A stretch of 63,832 nucleotides of DNA, filler included, from Neoconidiobolus thromboides FSU 785 (taxonomy: Eukaryota > Fungi > Entomophthoromycota), in assembly GCA_025603075.1 (NCBI GenBank). It is 9 parts of 9 records of this genome, joined end to end, with 100 filler letters (N's around TTAATTAATTAA, not from the genome) between each part and the next. Parts side by side here need not be neighbours in the genome. Positions count along the whole stretch, not along the records: positions 1 to 31,664 come from MU626476.1; positions 31,765 to 40,304 come from MU626680.1; 7 more parts are not named here. One strand, 5' to 3'. This document shows positions 26,527-39,582 of this stretch, piece after piece (within the stretch, counting starts at the first letter, position 1; every line of letters begins with the position of its first letter). The notes under the pieces were generated by a model. It worked only from the letters and a program-made list of their open reading frames with translations. It searched no databases and was not told where the DNA came from. The position numbers and the translations under genes were made by a program.

Positions 26527-26625
26527 GGGGATGTATTTTTGTATTTAAGAATTTTACTAACAATTTTTCCGTTCAGATAATACTTAAAAGATGGAAAAAG
26601 TAATGAAGCCAAAAAAGACATCCTC
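26527..26625 (-). mobile_element. MITE copy inside transposase
   Basis: ATAT/ATAT TSD; empty site GAAAAG-ATAT-ATTATC seen at ~46760. Confidence 0.9.
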
Positions 26626-27832
26626 ATATCTTTTCTTTGTTTCGTTTTATTATAAAATTCCACAAACCCTGGGTTGTTATAAGTAGCTCTTAAAATTGAT
26701 GTAAATAAATTACAATGTTTATATTGTATACTCCTCCCTATTGTATTGAAATTTTCAAAAATCCCATTTCGAAGTTTAGTTATGAAAGTTTGCATTTTAT
26801 TTTTATTTCAACAAAAAATAAAGCCAAATAACTGTATTTATATATTTATATAGTTATATATTATATATTTGCTAAACACTTAACAGAAATAACATAAAAT
26901 ATGTAGTTAGAAAAATTAACTATTTAAGGAAACAATCAAAATAAGTTTTAAAGAAATTTAATTTTAGGCTTTTTAGATTTAACCGTCACATCAAAGACAC
27001 AAATTTAAAAATTAAAAAATTGGATTAATTTCTAAGTAAATTCTGAAACTAATTTGGACAACCCTATTTGTTATCTTTTATATAAAAAAATTAAAACGCA
27101 GCTTTGGTTCAATCTAAATATTCAAACTTAACTTCAAATGATAATAAGTTACAGGAAATTTATTTATTTTTAGTACTATCCATTAGTAAACGCAATAATT
27201 TCAATTGCTTCAAAAATTTGTATAAAATTCATCTCTAAGCATATTGATGCCTAACCATGTGAACATGTACCCATTTATACCATTCTCTAATGACTAAGGT
27301 ACTTAATTACATGTGTAGTATTACTTTGCCTTTAAATGAGCTTAAAAAACTGACCATGATCTAACTCAAGGTTTACTAACAGTGGTTTATACAGTCATAA
27401 ACTTCATCTATCATTCATTTATTACACTGCATTTATCATTTTAGAAATTATTATTTATTATATAAAGTTTAAATGTTTAGCTAAATTTTGACATTTATAT
27501 ACATTTGATTATTGATAATAATAATTAGCAAATATCACCAAAAAATAGTTTTGAAATAAATATAAAACACACCAAACATATTATAATAAGGCATAATTTA
27601 TAAGTGAAATTAAGTTTTGTTTTATTAATATAGAAGTATCAGCAATGCTGTTTGATTCAAAATAAACCAAATATAGTTTGCTTTTATATAATTTAGACTT
27701 ACAAAATACTTTAAAGAAAATGAATATATAATAATAGTAGTTAAAACGGACCCCAAGAAATCGACTGTTATCAAGTTGATAAAAATCCATTTTGTGGCTC
27801 AGATGAATTTATTTAAAAGGGCCGACAAACTA

Positions 27833-28414
27833 TCATAGTAAAGAAACAAAGGCATATGAAAAAGCAAATGAACTAATTGTCATCCATAACGACCTGCTAA
27901 CAGCTAAATCTGAATGACTATTAGGCTGGTTTTTATAAGCTCCAGGTGAGGGCATAGATTGATAGACGGACACCATATTATAGTAAGGATTAGGATCTGT
28001 AGCGGTTACAAACTCTTTTACATTATAATAAACAGCCTTTGTCGGAGAACTATTAGGGTCTACTACTTGAGTAGGACCCCCTTGTACTAATTTATTACCA
28101 CTTTTTTTACTATCATGAAAACTACTGCTTCCTTTTTTGATATAATTCGAACAAGTGGATTGAAATTTGTAAACTAAATTGCTTTTTTGCTCCATTGCTT
28201 CTTCATCTCGCTTACATGGTTCATAGCATGAAATCTTTTTAGACATCAAGTCACAGCTACACTTTTGATCATTCGAGCACTGCTCTATTTGTGAATTAAG
28301 ATTAGATAAGCAAATAGTTAAGGTCTGCTCATTATCACCACATAAAGCTAGTACATTGAAATTGAATAGGAGGAATAAGAGGTAAGGAAACATGATTAAG
28401 CAAAAATAAAACAA
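27833..28414 (-). CDS. Secreted 8-Cys (CFEM-like) protein, probably GPI-anchored
   Basis: Signal peptide; C-x9-C-x10-C-x5-CxC-x8-C-x3-C-x20-C; hydrophobic C-terminus; same architecture as 405-1043. Confidence 0.7.
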   Translation of the reverse strand: MFYFCLIMFPYLLFLLFNFNVLALCGDNEQTLTICLSNLNSQIEQCSNDQKCSCDLMSKKISCYEPCKRDEEAMEQKSNLVYKFQSTCSNYIKKGSSSFHDSKKSGNKLVQGGPTQVVDPNSSPTKAVYYNVKEFVTATDPNPYYNMVSVYQSMPSPGAYKNQPNSHSDLAVSRSLWMTISSFAFSYAFVSLL

Positions 28415-28821
28415 ATAAAACTAAATAATTAAGAATGAATTAAAAAGTACTTACTATTTTAATACAAAGTATTTATATACCTTCTTTTTGAACTATTTTG
28501 TCTAATAATTTGAATGATTTTATAACCATGATTTTTCACTCATGGTAATTAACTGTTATTGTAATATTTTCAGAGAAACGGTTAATTTTTCGAAATTTAT
28601 AAAAATTTATAAGGTTAACTTTTGATACGTTAGTCTAAATTTTTATCAAAAAAAACATGGCTGTCAACAGAAGTGATAAGCTATTGCTAATAAAAAATTT
28701 ATTTTATTTATATGCAATTGTTCAATATTGACAATTTAATCACTAAAAGCCAAGAATTCTTTAGAATCTAAAAGACACGTTTTTATCTTTTAATATCGTC
28801 TATTTAGAAATTTTAACATAT

Positions 28822-28920
28822 GGAGATGTATTTTTATGTTCAAGAATTTTACCAACAAATTTTCCGCTTAAATAGTGCTTAAAAAATGGAAAAAATAATG
28901 AAGTCGAAAAAAACACTCCC
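28822..28920 (-). mobile_element. MITE copy
   Basis: GGAGATG...CACTCCC, ATAT/ATAT flanks. Confidence 0.85.
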
Positions 28921-29813
28921 ATATACCATTTTTAAAAAGAACTTATAGCTCGGTTTTTTGGTTTATATTGTTCAGAAAAGAAAAATGCTTTTAAGCCATT
29001 ATGTATTTGATGCCATAAATCTAATTTCCACCATTAGGTTGAGAAATGAGGAAATATATTATGATTTGGAAGTTTAAAAACTTGGTGGTATTAAAAAATA
29101 ATTGTCCTTGATTTGGTCTAAATTTGCAAAACTTGTATGTGGATCTCTTTTTCATTTCAACAATTGGCCATTTTCTAAGTAACATAAAGTTGATAAACAA
29201 TTAAATGTCTAGCAAAAAAGCACTCTCATGAATTAAACATTGAAACAAGTATCTTCATTATATATGCTTAATTTAAAACTTTTAGAAGAAACAATATCTG
29301 GAAAACACTCTAACTTTTGGTCTAAGCTAACCCGAATATTAAATTATAAGCATTTGGCTGATATTATACCTTAAGCTGATTTTTGATAATAGATTTTTAT
29401 AAACAAACCACTTCTCATTAATTTTTTTACAGGTACAAAAATATATAAAAGAATATAGATAGCCCGCCAATTACGAAGACCATGAATAGGCCAGCAATAA
29501 TCACAAAATAAAAAACAGGTAAAGAATATGAATCTTCGGGTTAATATAAATAAAGAAAACATAATATTAGAGCCCTTTCCATCTAACTGCGGAAAATTAT
29601 TCAAAAAATATGTGAAAAAGCTTCGGTGGATATAGGCTAAAATTTTAACCATAATATAAATAAAAATTTTATCATACGTTGGTATGTGCCACTTAATCAT
29701 AATAGGCCGATAAGTTTAACTTGGCAAAAAATAGACTAATGTATGTCTATGACATACAAGTCGAGAGTCTATATAAAGCCCTAAAGATCGAATCATTACT
29801 CTTATCAAGTAAA

Positions 29814-31662
29814 ATGAGTGAAAAAAACCAAGTAAACGATAACATTGTAGTAAACTTTGAAACTAAAGTGGATGTGCTTATATCTGGAGCTGGGCCAGTA
29901 GGTTTAGTAATGGGAAACTTATTAGCTAGAAATAATATCAGTTTTAAAATCATTGATAAGAAGACAGAGATCTATCCATATTCTAGGGCTTTTGCGATCC
30001 ATTCAAGAACTCAAGAGATTTTCGACCAACTAGAGATTATTGATAGTATCAAAAATGAAGGTAGAAGTGGTCCGATTTTCTCGCAATTTTACAAAAATGG
30101 AGACAAAATCCTTGAACTCAAGCTACCACCAAGCCGCTCCCCACATCCCACCCTTATTGGACTAATGCAAAGCGAAACCGAACGTATTTTAAATGAAAAA
30201 ATTGTTGAGATTGGTCACGAAGTTCATAATGGTGTAGAGTTGAAACAATTAGAATGGAATGATAATAAAAAAAGATTTGATAGTGCTATTGTTGAGCATT
30301 TAAAGGATAATAAGAAAGAAAGAATTAAGTTTAAGTATTTAATTGGGTGCGATGGGGCAAGGTCAACTGTAAGAAAAGCAGCCAATATTAAATTTTCTGG
30401 AGAAAGTGTCAATCTCCATTTAACTTGTATTGACGCAATGGTAAATACAGACTTTACACAAGAACCATTTGGAACGTAAGTCTTCACTTCTAATAACTTA
30501 TATAAAAGCTAAGTTAAAAACAATTAGGATTTTAACAGATGAAACAGACATGATGTTATTAATTTGGGTAAAAAAAAACTATGCGCGCTTTGTTTTGAGG
30601 AAAGATCAAGATGAAGAAATCACTAATACAGAATTTGTCAATTTAACAAAGAAATTAGCTGGGAGTACAAAATTGGAAATTGATCAAATAGTATGGAAAA
30701 ATACATTTAAAATTAACGAGTGTGCCGCTGAAACTCATTTCAAACATAATGTGTTTTTATGTGGTGATGCTTCACATACTCACTCTCCAGCAGGTGGCCA
30801 AGGAATGAATACTGGGATTCAAGATTCATATAACTTAGCATGGAAATTATCTCTTGTTCTTAAAGGAGCTGGAAAAGAAGAAGAGTTATTTAACACTTTT
30901 AATGAAGAGAGGAGTATGGTAGCCAATATGGTACTTAAAAATTCGGGGATGGCAATTCGTAATGCCTTTAGCAAATCAAACATGATAGTATCCTATTTAC
31001 GGAAAGCATTAGTGCCTTTCTTCTTATCATTTCAATTCGTTCAAAACCAAGCAATAGATACCATTTCACAAATTGGAATCGAATATAATGAGAATACATT
31101 AATAAGAAAGTATTCTCAGGGTTGGATTTATAACTCTAAGATTCCAGGGGTTGGATTAAGAGTACCTGATAAGTTATTGATTGATATTAAGAGTAAATCA
31201 ACTTCTATTCATAAGATTTTGAATGGTAGAGATAAATTTGAAGTTTTTATTCATATTCCAGAATCTTGGTTAGATTTTAAATCTTTCGATAAATTGGCAA
31301 ACTTTACCAAAGACTTAAGACATAATGAGGAATGGGCTAAACTACAATCAAAAATGAATGGTAGTTTATTTCAATTGAGCTTCATACTTGATCAGCACAT
31401 GTTTAGCACTAAGCAATGGGGATATTATATTGAAAGTAAACTTAAGGATGTAGACCAAGACGACTTACAAATGATCCAACAAAGCTTTGAAAAGAATAAT
31501 AAATATTTAGATATTGAAAAATGGGGTATTAATGATTTCAGCTTTTCTAATGAAATCCCCACCTTTTTCGTTATACGCCCTGATGCCTATATTTCTTTTA
31601 ATCAATCGAGTACTTCTGTGGAGAATGTCTTAAACTATTTTAAAACTTTTATTAGCTTATAG
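29814..31662 (+). CDS. FAD-dependent monooxygenase (FAD_binding_3, phenol hydroxylase-like), one intron
   Basis: VLISGAGPVG, YLIGCDGARSTVRK, FLCGDASHTHSPAGGQGMNTGIQDSYNLAWKL, VIRPDAYI; GTAAG...TTAG intron at ~30476-30527. Confidence 0.92.
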
Positions 31663-31664
31663 AT

Positions 31665-31764
31665 NNNNNNNNNNNNNNNNNNNNNNNNNNNNNNNNNNNN
31701 NNNNNNNNTTAATTAATTAANNNNNNNNNNNNNNNNNNNNNNNNNNNNNNNNNNNNNNNNNNNN
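31665..31764. other. Artificial contig spacer (also 40305-40404, 47911-48010, 49174-49273, 56963-57062, 58064-58163, 60009-60108, 62248-62347)
   Basis: Eight identical-length 100-nt N blocks centred on TTAATTAATTAA (stops in all six frames). Confidence 0.97.
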
Positions 31765-32486
31765 TCTCATCCTCTCTTTCTAGCGATTCAAGAATCGTAA
31801 ATGGTACTGAAGTTAGTCCAAAGTTCCGCTATCCATTCATGATATCTTTAGATTATCATGGAAAACATGTTTGTGGTGGTACTTTACTCAATAAAAATAC
31901 CGTAGTGACAGCAGCTCACTGTATCAATGCTACTGAATCCGATTGGACTATTTCTTTTCATCGTCACAATATGAATTTAACTAGCTTACAAGAACATGGG
32001 AAAGACTTGAAGATTTTGAAGCGTATCCCACATCCAAAATATTATCTTGGTGAAAGTAGTATAAACTATGATATTGCTATATATAAAATTGAGCCTATAA
32101 AGGGGTTTAATCTTAGATTAAAACTAGATTATAATGATATTTCATCCCAAACTGGTAAAGGTCTTACTGTTTTAGGTTGGGGGAGACTATATGAAGATGG
32201 TCCTTATTCTTATGTTTTAAGACAAGTTGATGTTCCAGTTTATGATATTAACCAATGCAAAATAAGCTATCCCACTTTGGATACTAAATCCCAATTTTGC
32301 GCTGGAAATAAAGATGGTGGTAAAGATTCTTGCCAAGCAGATTCTGGGGGTCCTATTTTAAGCTTTGAAGGTGAACCCACTATAGTAGGTATAGTGTCTT
32401 GGGGTAAGGGTTGTGGTTTGAAAGACTTCCCAGGAATTTATACTAGAATTTCAGCTAGTTTGGATTTTATAAATAAATACCTTTAA
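31765..32486 (+). CDS. Trypsin (S1A) serine protease, 5' partial; Asp189 trypsin specificity
   Basis: DSR/IVNG activation site, TAAHC, NYDIAI, KDSCQADSGGP, VSWG, PGIYTRI. Confidence 0.93.
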
Positions 32487-33437
32487 ATCTAAATACGTTT
32501 TTAGTTAAAATATGCATGAATGTGGATAGTTTTTAGAGTTTAAATACTTTTATATATTGTTCTATTCGAAAAATTAGCTTATATTATATTCTATTCTCAA
32601 GAAGAATACTTATTTCCATATATTCCAGTACAATAACTTTGTATTTTAATAAACTTTACATTATTAAGGCAATATGCATAAATAGTATAGTAAAAATATT
32701 TAGAATTTGTTTGTATTATTAACAGTGTCCTTATTGCGTTTATGGCAAAACAATTTATTATTTAATCTATAATAATTCCAACGATACATCTTAAATATCT
32801 ATGTATAGGTATTTATTCATATACTAATATATTATTAATTACAAATTCATCATTAATAATCATTTAGTTACATATTATATTTTAATGGACCTTGAACACA
32901 AATAATTTCTATAGAAGGCAATTTGTTCTATAATTCAATACGGAAGTTCAATGTACATATATAATAATTAGTAGTTACTTGAAGATGGTTTGGGAATGAC
33001 GATACCTTTGATTAAAAGCAGTAAAGCCATAAATTATTCATGATATTATTATATAATGAAACTATCATAAATCAGCGGGTTTATATATTTTTAACTTATT
33101 TATTTATGCGATTAAAATTATAGCCTTTGTTTTAAATAATTTTATATCAGGTTAGTTTAAATCTAAATATTAAGATCCTTTGTAAAATTTTCAAGTTAAG
33201 CTTAAACAAAACTGAAAAGTTTTATAATTTTAAACAAGTTCTTATAATTATTCATATATAAAGAAATAAGGTTTGAGCTATAATAATGCTAAATTTATGG
33301 CAGTATTTTTTTCAAGAATTGTAGAGCCCTATTTTTATAAGTAATTTTATTATAATTTAGTATATTTTTATTTACAAAGAGTGATGACAAAATGAACGTA
33401 GAGATGAAAAAATCAAAACTAGGAATGAGGAGAAAGT

Positions 33438-34253
33438 CTAAATCAAATTCAAATCTTCATAACATGATAGATGAATAATGGAATGGCTTGACAAACTTAA
33501 CTTTTGTTTTTGTTTTTTCTTGAGCCTTTTAACCCTGCCTGCTCTATCGAAGACATAAGAGTTTCCTAATAGGGCCTTTAAATCCCAATAGAATTCAAAC
33601 CCGTTACAAAAAGAATCTTGGTTTAATTGATACCCTTTTCTTATTTTCTCTTCGCATTTCTTGTACTTTGCTACCAATACTTTCCACCTATTTTTACATT
33701 TTTCTACGCTTCTTTTATATCCATATGTATTTAGCTCATCTACTATGGTTTTCCATAAACTTTGATTTCGGGTTATATTTTCGAATTCTTTTTGGTGTTT
33801 AAGTAAAGTTTTTAAAAATTGACTAGTTTCTTCATATGTCCAATTCTCTGCCCTTCCTCTATTATCTTCAATTAACATATTGGTATAGTTATATTCTTGT
33901 CGATTACTTAACATCACTGAATTCTTTTTTGCTGTTAGTTTATTACTATATTCATAATCGTAGTAACTATTCTCTATAGTAGGTGATTGATAGCTCTGAT
34001 AATAGTTTGCTGGACTTTGTACTTTACAGTAAGGTGACATTGATGTTAATGGATTAGAATGTGCATCCATCAACAATGTGCTAGCACTGCTTGCGTTTAA
34101 ATAATAAATATCACTTGGAATTACTTCTTGGAAATTACTCATAGGCGAATAGTATGGATCATTAAACTGTGGGGACGGCTGATAGTTTAAACTATAATCC
34201 ATTCTTGTAGTCATAGTTTTATCAGTACCATTCGAATAATAAATATGATTCAT
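33438..34253 (-). CDS. Myb/SANT-like trihelix transcription factor
   Basis: NWTYEETSQFL...LWKTIVDEL...RSVEKCKNRWKVLVAKYKK. Confidence 0.85.
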   Translation of the reverse strand: MNHIYYSNGTDKTMTTRMDYSLNYQPSPQFNDPYYSPMSNFQEVIPSDIYYLNASSASTLLMDAHSNPLTSMSPYCKVQSPANYYQSYQSPTIENSYYDYEYSNKLTAKKNSVMLSNRQEYNYTNMLIEDNRGRAENWTYEETSQFLKTLLKHQKEFENITRNQSLWKTIVDELNTYGYKRSVEKCKNRWKVLVAKYKKCEEKIRKGYQLNQDSFCNGFEFYWDLKALLGNSYVFDRAGRVKRLKKKQKQKLSLSSHSIIHLSCYEDLNLI

Positions 34254-34913
34254 TTTTTTATTGTATTATTTTTAATTTTCAATTATTTTTTTATATTTAT
34301 ATATATTTTTGAGCATACCTACTTTAATGCTTATGAGAAAAAGCCTCTTTAAAGGACTCCCGTCATCTGACAATTACTGCCCATAAAACATTATATTTTT
34401 AGCTGAGAAATTTTATAAGCTAAAAACAAGGCTATGAAGAGTATAAAAAACTAATTTTACTTTCAATGATAACTTATTCTTTTTCCTCATATTTTATGTA
34501 TTTTTTAACTATGTGATGAAACATTTAGGATATAGTTTCAATATCTTATTGATGTTTGGTAATCTTAAATTTAACTAATGCTCTCTTACATTTATAGAGG
34601 CTTTAAAACAAGCAGTAATAAGCCTATAATAAAATTAAATTATGAGAATAGTAGCGCATTAAATTCCTGAATTAAACAAGCTTTTTAATGTACAAATTTT
34701 AATATTAATTAATATCAATTGTCAGACAAATAGTACATAAAATTAAGACAAGCATAATTTATTAATTTGAAACCGCTAAAATTTTCTGGAAAAACATGTC
34801 TCAAGTACACTTTCAATTTTTAATTTTGGCTATTTCCTTTTAAAGATATACTTTTGCTAACATATTTTATTACTTCCGAACTTTGTCTCAATTTAAAATG
34901 TTATTTAGTAAAT

Positions 34914-35004
34914 GGGGATATATTTTAAGAATTTTACTAATAATCTTTCCATTCAAACAGCGCTTAAAAAATAGAAAGTGATGAAACCAAAAAAAAACAT
35001 TCCT
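34914..35004 (-). mobile_element. MITE copy (internally shortened)
   Basis: GGGGATA...CATTCCT with the family core. Confidence 0.75.
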
Positions 35005-35984
35005 AATATTTAGTAATTTAACAAATAGTTATTTTTATTGTGAATTTTTTTATAATAAATATAATACACTTAATATAGCAGCATTACTTAAGTACCTATT
35101 TATACCATTTATTATTATGTTTAGTCAGAATAAATATAACAAAGTAGTATTTTCAATATTTTAATATTAATAAAAGCATGAATAGTTCAGAGAAAGCAGT
35201 GGTATATTTAGTAATACTCAACTTTTATGCGTCGAAAGTAAAATTAAATTTATGCTATTAAATTCATGTATTAAATTACTTTTAAACATAATGAATTTGA
35301 AACTGGGGTTTGTACTTTATATTATCTCAAAGGTAAAGTTACTTATTAGGGTATTTTCATAAACCATCTATTGATTGATAGGTACCATAGGTTATTTTAT
35401 TATCTGCTTATTCTTATGACTATATGGTCTTAAAGTAGTACTCTATTTTAACAGTTCGGTCATTTAAAGGATAGTATGTACATTTATTCTATAATTATCA
35501 ATTATTAAAATATTTTGTTATGTTTATGATGTACTTGATTGGCTATTTTAACACATTATTAAAATTAATAAATCAATAGTTGAGAAGAAAACCTCAAGTT
35601 GTAAACTGTGTATGATAATTTAATGCTATTAAAAATTTCTGTATTAATTTGATTTAGGGTAATATTGTGATAGAGCATGGGTTGAAAGTGGGGGTCTTGT
35701 AATATATTTAATGTATAAAAGTATTTATACAAATACACTAATTCTTAGATCAACATTCTCACAAAACTTCAATTCTTGCTTTAAAGCCATATTATATGCT
35801 CTTATATTTTAATATAATTGTATAGAGGTATTAAATATAGTTTAATTTATTAATTTAGAAATTTTTACTAAATAAATACTTGCTTATATAATCAATAAGA
35901 GATTTATAATTTTTATAGTTTGTTTATTAAATTAATAGTAAATAATTCTTTTTTTAAAAGCGCTGATATAAAGTATTAAATGAT

Positions 35985-36290
35985 AATATCATGTTATCAA
36001 CTACCGCTTATGTAAGAGGTGGTATAATATAAATATAGATACACCAGCAGTGAGTAAATACACTGTAATATAAAACCAAGAGAAAAGTGCACTAGATGTG
36101 CATATGTGCTTTCTAGCTCATACTACCAGATTATGAGATCATAGGATATGAAAAGAAGGTTCAAAAGCAAAATTTGTATACTGTTGATTGAGCTTGAAGT
36201 GCTATAGTTGGCATCCTGATACTTGTATAAAAGTTATTCCGTACATTAACGATTAACGGTAGATAAAGAGTGCTTGACCGAGACATTAAT
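35985..36290 (-). pseudogene. Decayed multi-TM membrane protein (GPCR-like) fragment
   Basis: One frame reads ...KHICTSSALFSWFYITVYLLTAGVSIFILYHLL with several in-frame stops upstream. Confidence 0.3.
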
Positions 36291-36506
36291 AAAAAAGTTT
36301 ATCTGTGAGCTATAACAAATAAACATAGGAAGTTTTTCATAGTATAGTTGCATTCTTATCAATTATCTTATTTTAAAATGATTATTAAATTAAGTCGTTG
36401 GGATAAATTAACTGAAAATTTGAAAATTAATCAGATTTTCATACCCATAAAAATCTAAAAATCTTTATTTCACCATTAGATATTTTAAAAAATGAAATTA
36501 TAATAT

Positions 36507-36604
36507 GGGGATGTATTTGTGTGTTTAAGAATTTTACTAACAAATTTTTCGCTTAAATAGTGCTTAAAAATGGAAAAAATAATAGAGTCAAAAAAAACAC
36601 TCCC
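36507..36604 (-). mobile_element. MITE copy
   Basis: GGGGATG...CACTCCC, ATAT/ATGT flanks. Confidence 0.85.
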
Positions 36605-37737
36605 ATGTGTTTTATTAATTCTACATGCTGTCCTAGCAATAGGTCATATATATCCCTAACGTTAATATCATGACTAATTAGCGCGTCGCGAAGCTAGATA
36701 AAGATATAATATTATTGATATATATGGCTTTGGAAATTATAGTTTAGTTTTATATTTTTTCTCTGTTCTGAAATGTATTTTTCAATGTATTTTTTGTGAA
36801 GTTAAATTATAATGCATCAGAGTATTTAATATTTGATACTAAAGGCATAATTCTTAACGTTATAGTCTATATTATGTATTGTGGTATTAAAGTTTATTAA
36901 CTGTAGATGAAAACTTGTTTTTTATCTTTTTATTTTTGGAGTACAAAAGTTAGATGAAGAATTAAAAAATTGTGCAAGAGATTTCTTCCTAGTCCTAAAA
37001 GGAATTCATTTAAAGGACCAAAAAAAAAAAGTATCAGGGTATTGACGATTGCTCAGAAGGTTAATTTACTGCTTCTTACTCTAGATAAAGCTTATGTAAA
37101 TAGATGTAACAAATTGTTTATAAATGTTACTTTAAGTTTTTTGATTATTTTGATAGGATTCTTATTCAGCTTTAAATTAAAAATTGTAGTTTTTCCTCAT
37201 GCCCATTTAGGTATAAAGATCATTCAAATAAATAAAATATCAAAGTTAATATAGAACTCAACTTGTTTTATGATATTTAAACAGATTATAAAAATTTACG
37301 AAACCTAATCGCTAATGATTGTATTTTTTAAAGTTTCAGTTAAAACTTTGACTTTGCTTTTTATACCATATTGCATTCCTAGTTGTCCTTTTTTAATAAT
37401 GTTGGGCTTTTAAAGGTTTATAAAGGTAGTGTAGTAGTTCCCTTCCTCATCAACTTTTATTAACTTAATTTTACTCTGATATAAAATAAAATAAAATAAA
37501 ATAAAATAAAAATGTAGTAAGGTATGTAAGAAAACAAATATGGAGTACCTAAGTTTGGAAAAAAACAAATAAAAAAAATCCTCCGAGTATGAGGAAAAGC
37601 CCTATATTACTTAAACTACTTTATGGACTCAAAACAAATAACTGAAAATGAACAGCCCATAGTTTATTTATAGAATTGTACCTTTTAAAAGTATGAACAA
37701 AAAGCAGTGTTAACTTTAAATCGTGATTTTAACATAT

Positions 37738-37834
37738 GAGGATGTATTTTTGTGTTCAAGAATTTTACTAACAATTCCCCGCTTAAATAGTGCTTAAAAT
37801 ATGTAAAAGTAATGAAGTCAGAAAAAACATCCCC
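37738..37834 (-). mobile_element. MITE copy
   Basis: GAGGATG...CATCCCC, ATAT/ATAT flanks. Confidence 0.85.
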
Positions 37835-39067
37835 ATATATATTCATTTTAGAATATCAGCTCTGAAAAAGAATAACTCAACTTCAATTAATTTAACTATA
37901 TTTGAATTAGAAAATAATGTCTAGATTATATGCACGAAATCTTAAGTAATATTTTATTGTGTGTGAAGTATTACATTATTAAAAATTATACCAATGATAA
38001 TAAACTAAATGAACATAATTGATGTTTTAGTATCTCATTTAAGAAATTACTACTAACATAATTCAAATATGATTTTTCTTATATAACTTGATGGTTTTAT
38101 AAATTAATTATCGTCATGCAATTAGTAAGATCTTAGTTACAGCAGCATTTAATTTATGAGACTATGAATTATGTAATAAAAATCATGTTTTAATTACATC
38201 GATAGTATGTTAAAAGACATATATGCTTTTAATTTTAATTTTAATTTTATGTGATATTAAGCTTTGAGACTATATTTATTGATTTATATAGGTAAGTTTA
38301 AAAGCTTGGTCAAAATCAAGGATAAACCTTCTCTTTCATTTTTTCTTGTCCATCAGTTTATATAGCGTAAATTTTTGAAAAATAAATACTAGATAGAAAA
38401 AGTTTCAATATGAATTATTTTAAAATTAAGCAAAAAAAACAAATATTTTGTAGCACTAAGTGCTTAATTCGCAATTTTTGCTGAAATTAAATTGAACAAA
38501 AATTAAACCAAGCTTTCAAACTAACCCATATTTAAAGTCAAGGCTAAGCCATTTACTATGCATAAATAATAAATAATTAAAATCCAAAATTTTAAGTAAA
38601 TAAAAGTAGGCTGCATAGTAGCATAAAATGCATCAATAATTTTATGTATCAATACTTTTATGCATAGTTTGTGTTTTATAAATAGCCTCTATATTTTTTT
38701 AGTTATCAAAATCGTCCTAATATAGTCTTTCTGTTTATTTTTCATTAATCATTGATATTTGCCATATTAAATAGTTTTCTCATTGTCATAACTCATATTA
38801 TAATTGGTGTTATAAACTAGTATGAAAAATGTATCTTTAAAATTAATTCAGTATCTTTAAAGAGTTTTAATTTTATTAACATGTCCTCTAAAAATTTAAA
38901 AATAAAAATAAAATTAAAATTCAGATGATTCATATCAGCTATTTTAAAATAAGACAGGTATAATTAATTTACAAGGCTATAAAACGTAATTAATGTTAAA
39001 TAAAATTAGCGAACTATTAATAAGAATTATTGAGTAAAAGTATTCAAACTTCTAACTTTATAGCATT

Positions 39068-39156
39068 GGGAGTGTTTTTTTCCTGTTTTAATATTACTAT
39101 TTTTGATTCTTCATTTGACAAAAAGGAATAAATAAATGAAACCAAAAGACATTCTC
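39068..39156 (-). mobile_element. Highly degenerate MITE copy
   Basis: GGGAGTG...AATGAAACCAAAAGACATTCTC ends; interior diverged. Confidence 0.45.
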
Positions 39157-39582
39157 ATTAATTTTTAAATTTACGATTTAAAACTTAGAGTCAATAGATT
39201 TAATAAAGACAATTATATGAAAAATTATATGCACATTTCTGTTAATATTATCAACTTGTTTTTCTTTAAAATATGCTTTATCTGATATTCTAACTTAATA
39301 AACGTTCTCCCAGACACGCAATTTATAAAAATATACTCATAAGTCAAAGCTTATTATAGCTTTAAATTTTTTATAATGCACGTTTGCTATTAGTCTGATA
39401 TTTTAAAAAACAAGTTGATAAAAGAGTATAAAAATAAAAAGCTAGAACCTTTAAAATATAGGCATTTTTAAACTTTTATATTAACATTTCACCTTTTTTT
39501 ATATAAATTAAATTAATTCCTAAATCAAATAATTAACACATACCTTTAATAAAACAATTAAGGCTCTAATGGCTTTCTGAAT

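Larger units (their letters stand above)
24500..26795 (-). pseudogene. Transposase pseudogene (DDD-type, Sola-like)
   Basis: ORF pieces 26499-26795, 24877-25464 and 24500-24865 are collinear with copies at 46.6-47.9 kb and 62.4-63.2 kb; broken by stops and insertions. Confidence 0.75.
24053..27065 (-). mobile_element. Full-length decayed Sola-like DDD DNA transposon with nested MITEs and an LTR-like element
   Basis: TIRs GGCGTTGTTTGAATTAGTTT (24053) and AAACTAATTTGGACAACCCT (27065); flanks ATAT/ATTT; interrupted transposase with ILDFKQN, INIWADTG and HHGKSIVDGHFG motifs. Confidence 0.75.

Noticed and set aside
31709-31720. TTAATTAATTAA palindrome recurring eight times
   Set aside because: Always centred in a 100-nt N block; it is an artificial six-frame-stop linker, not biology.
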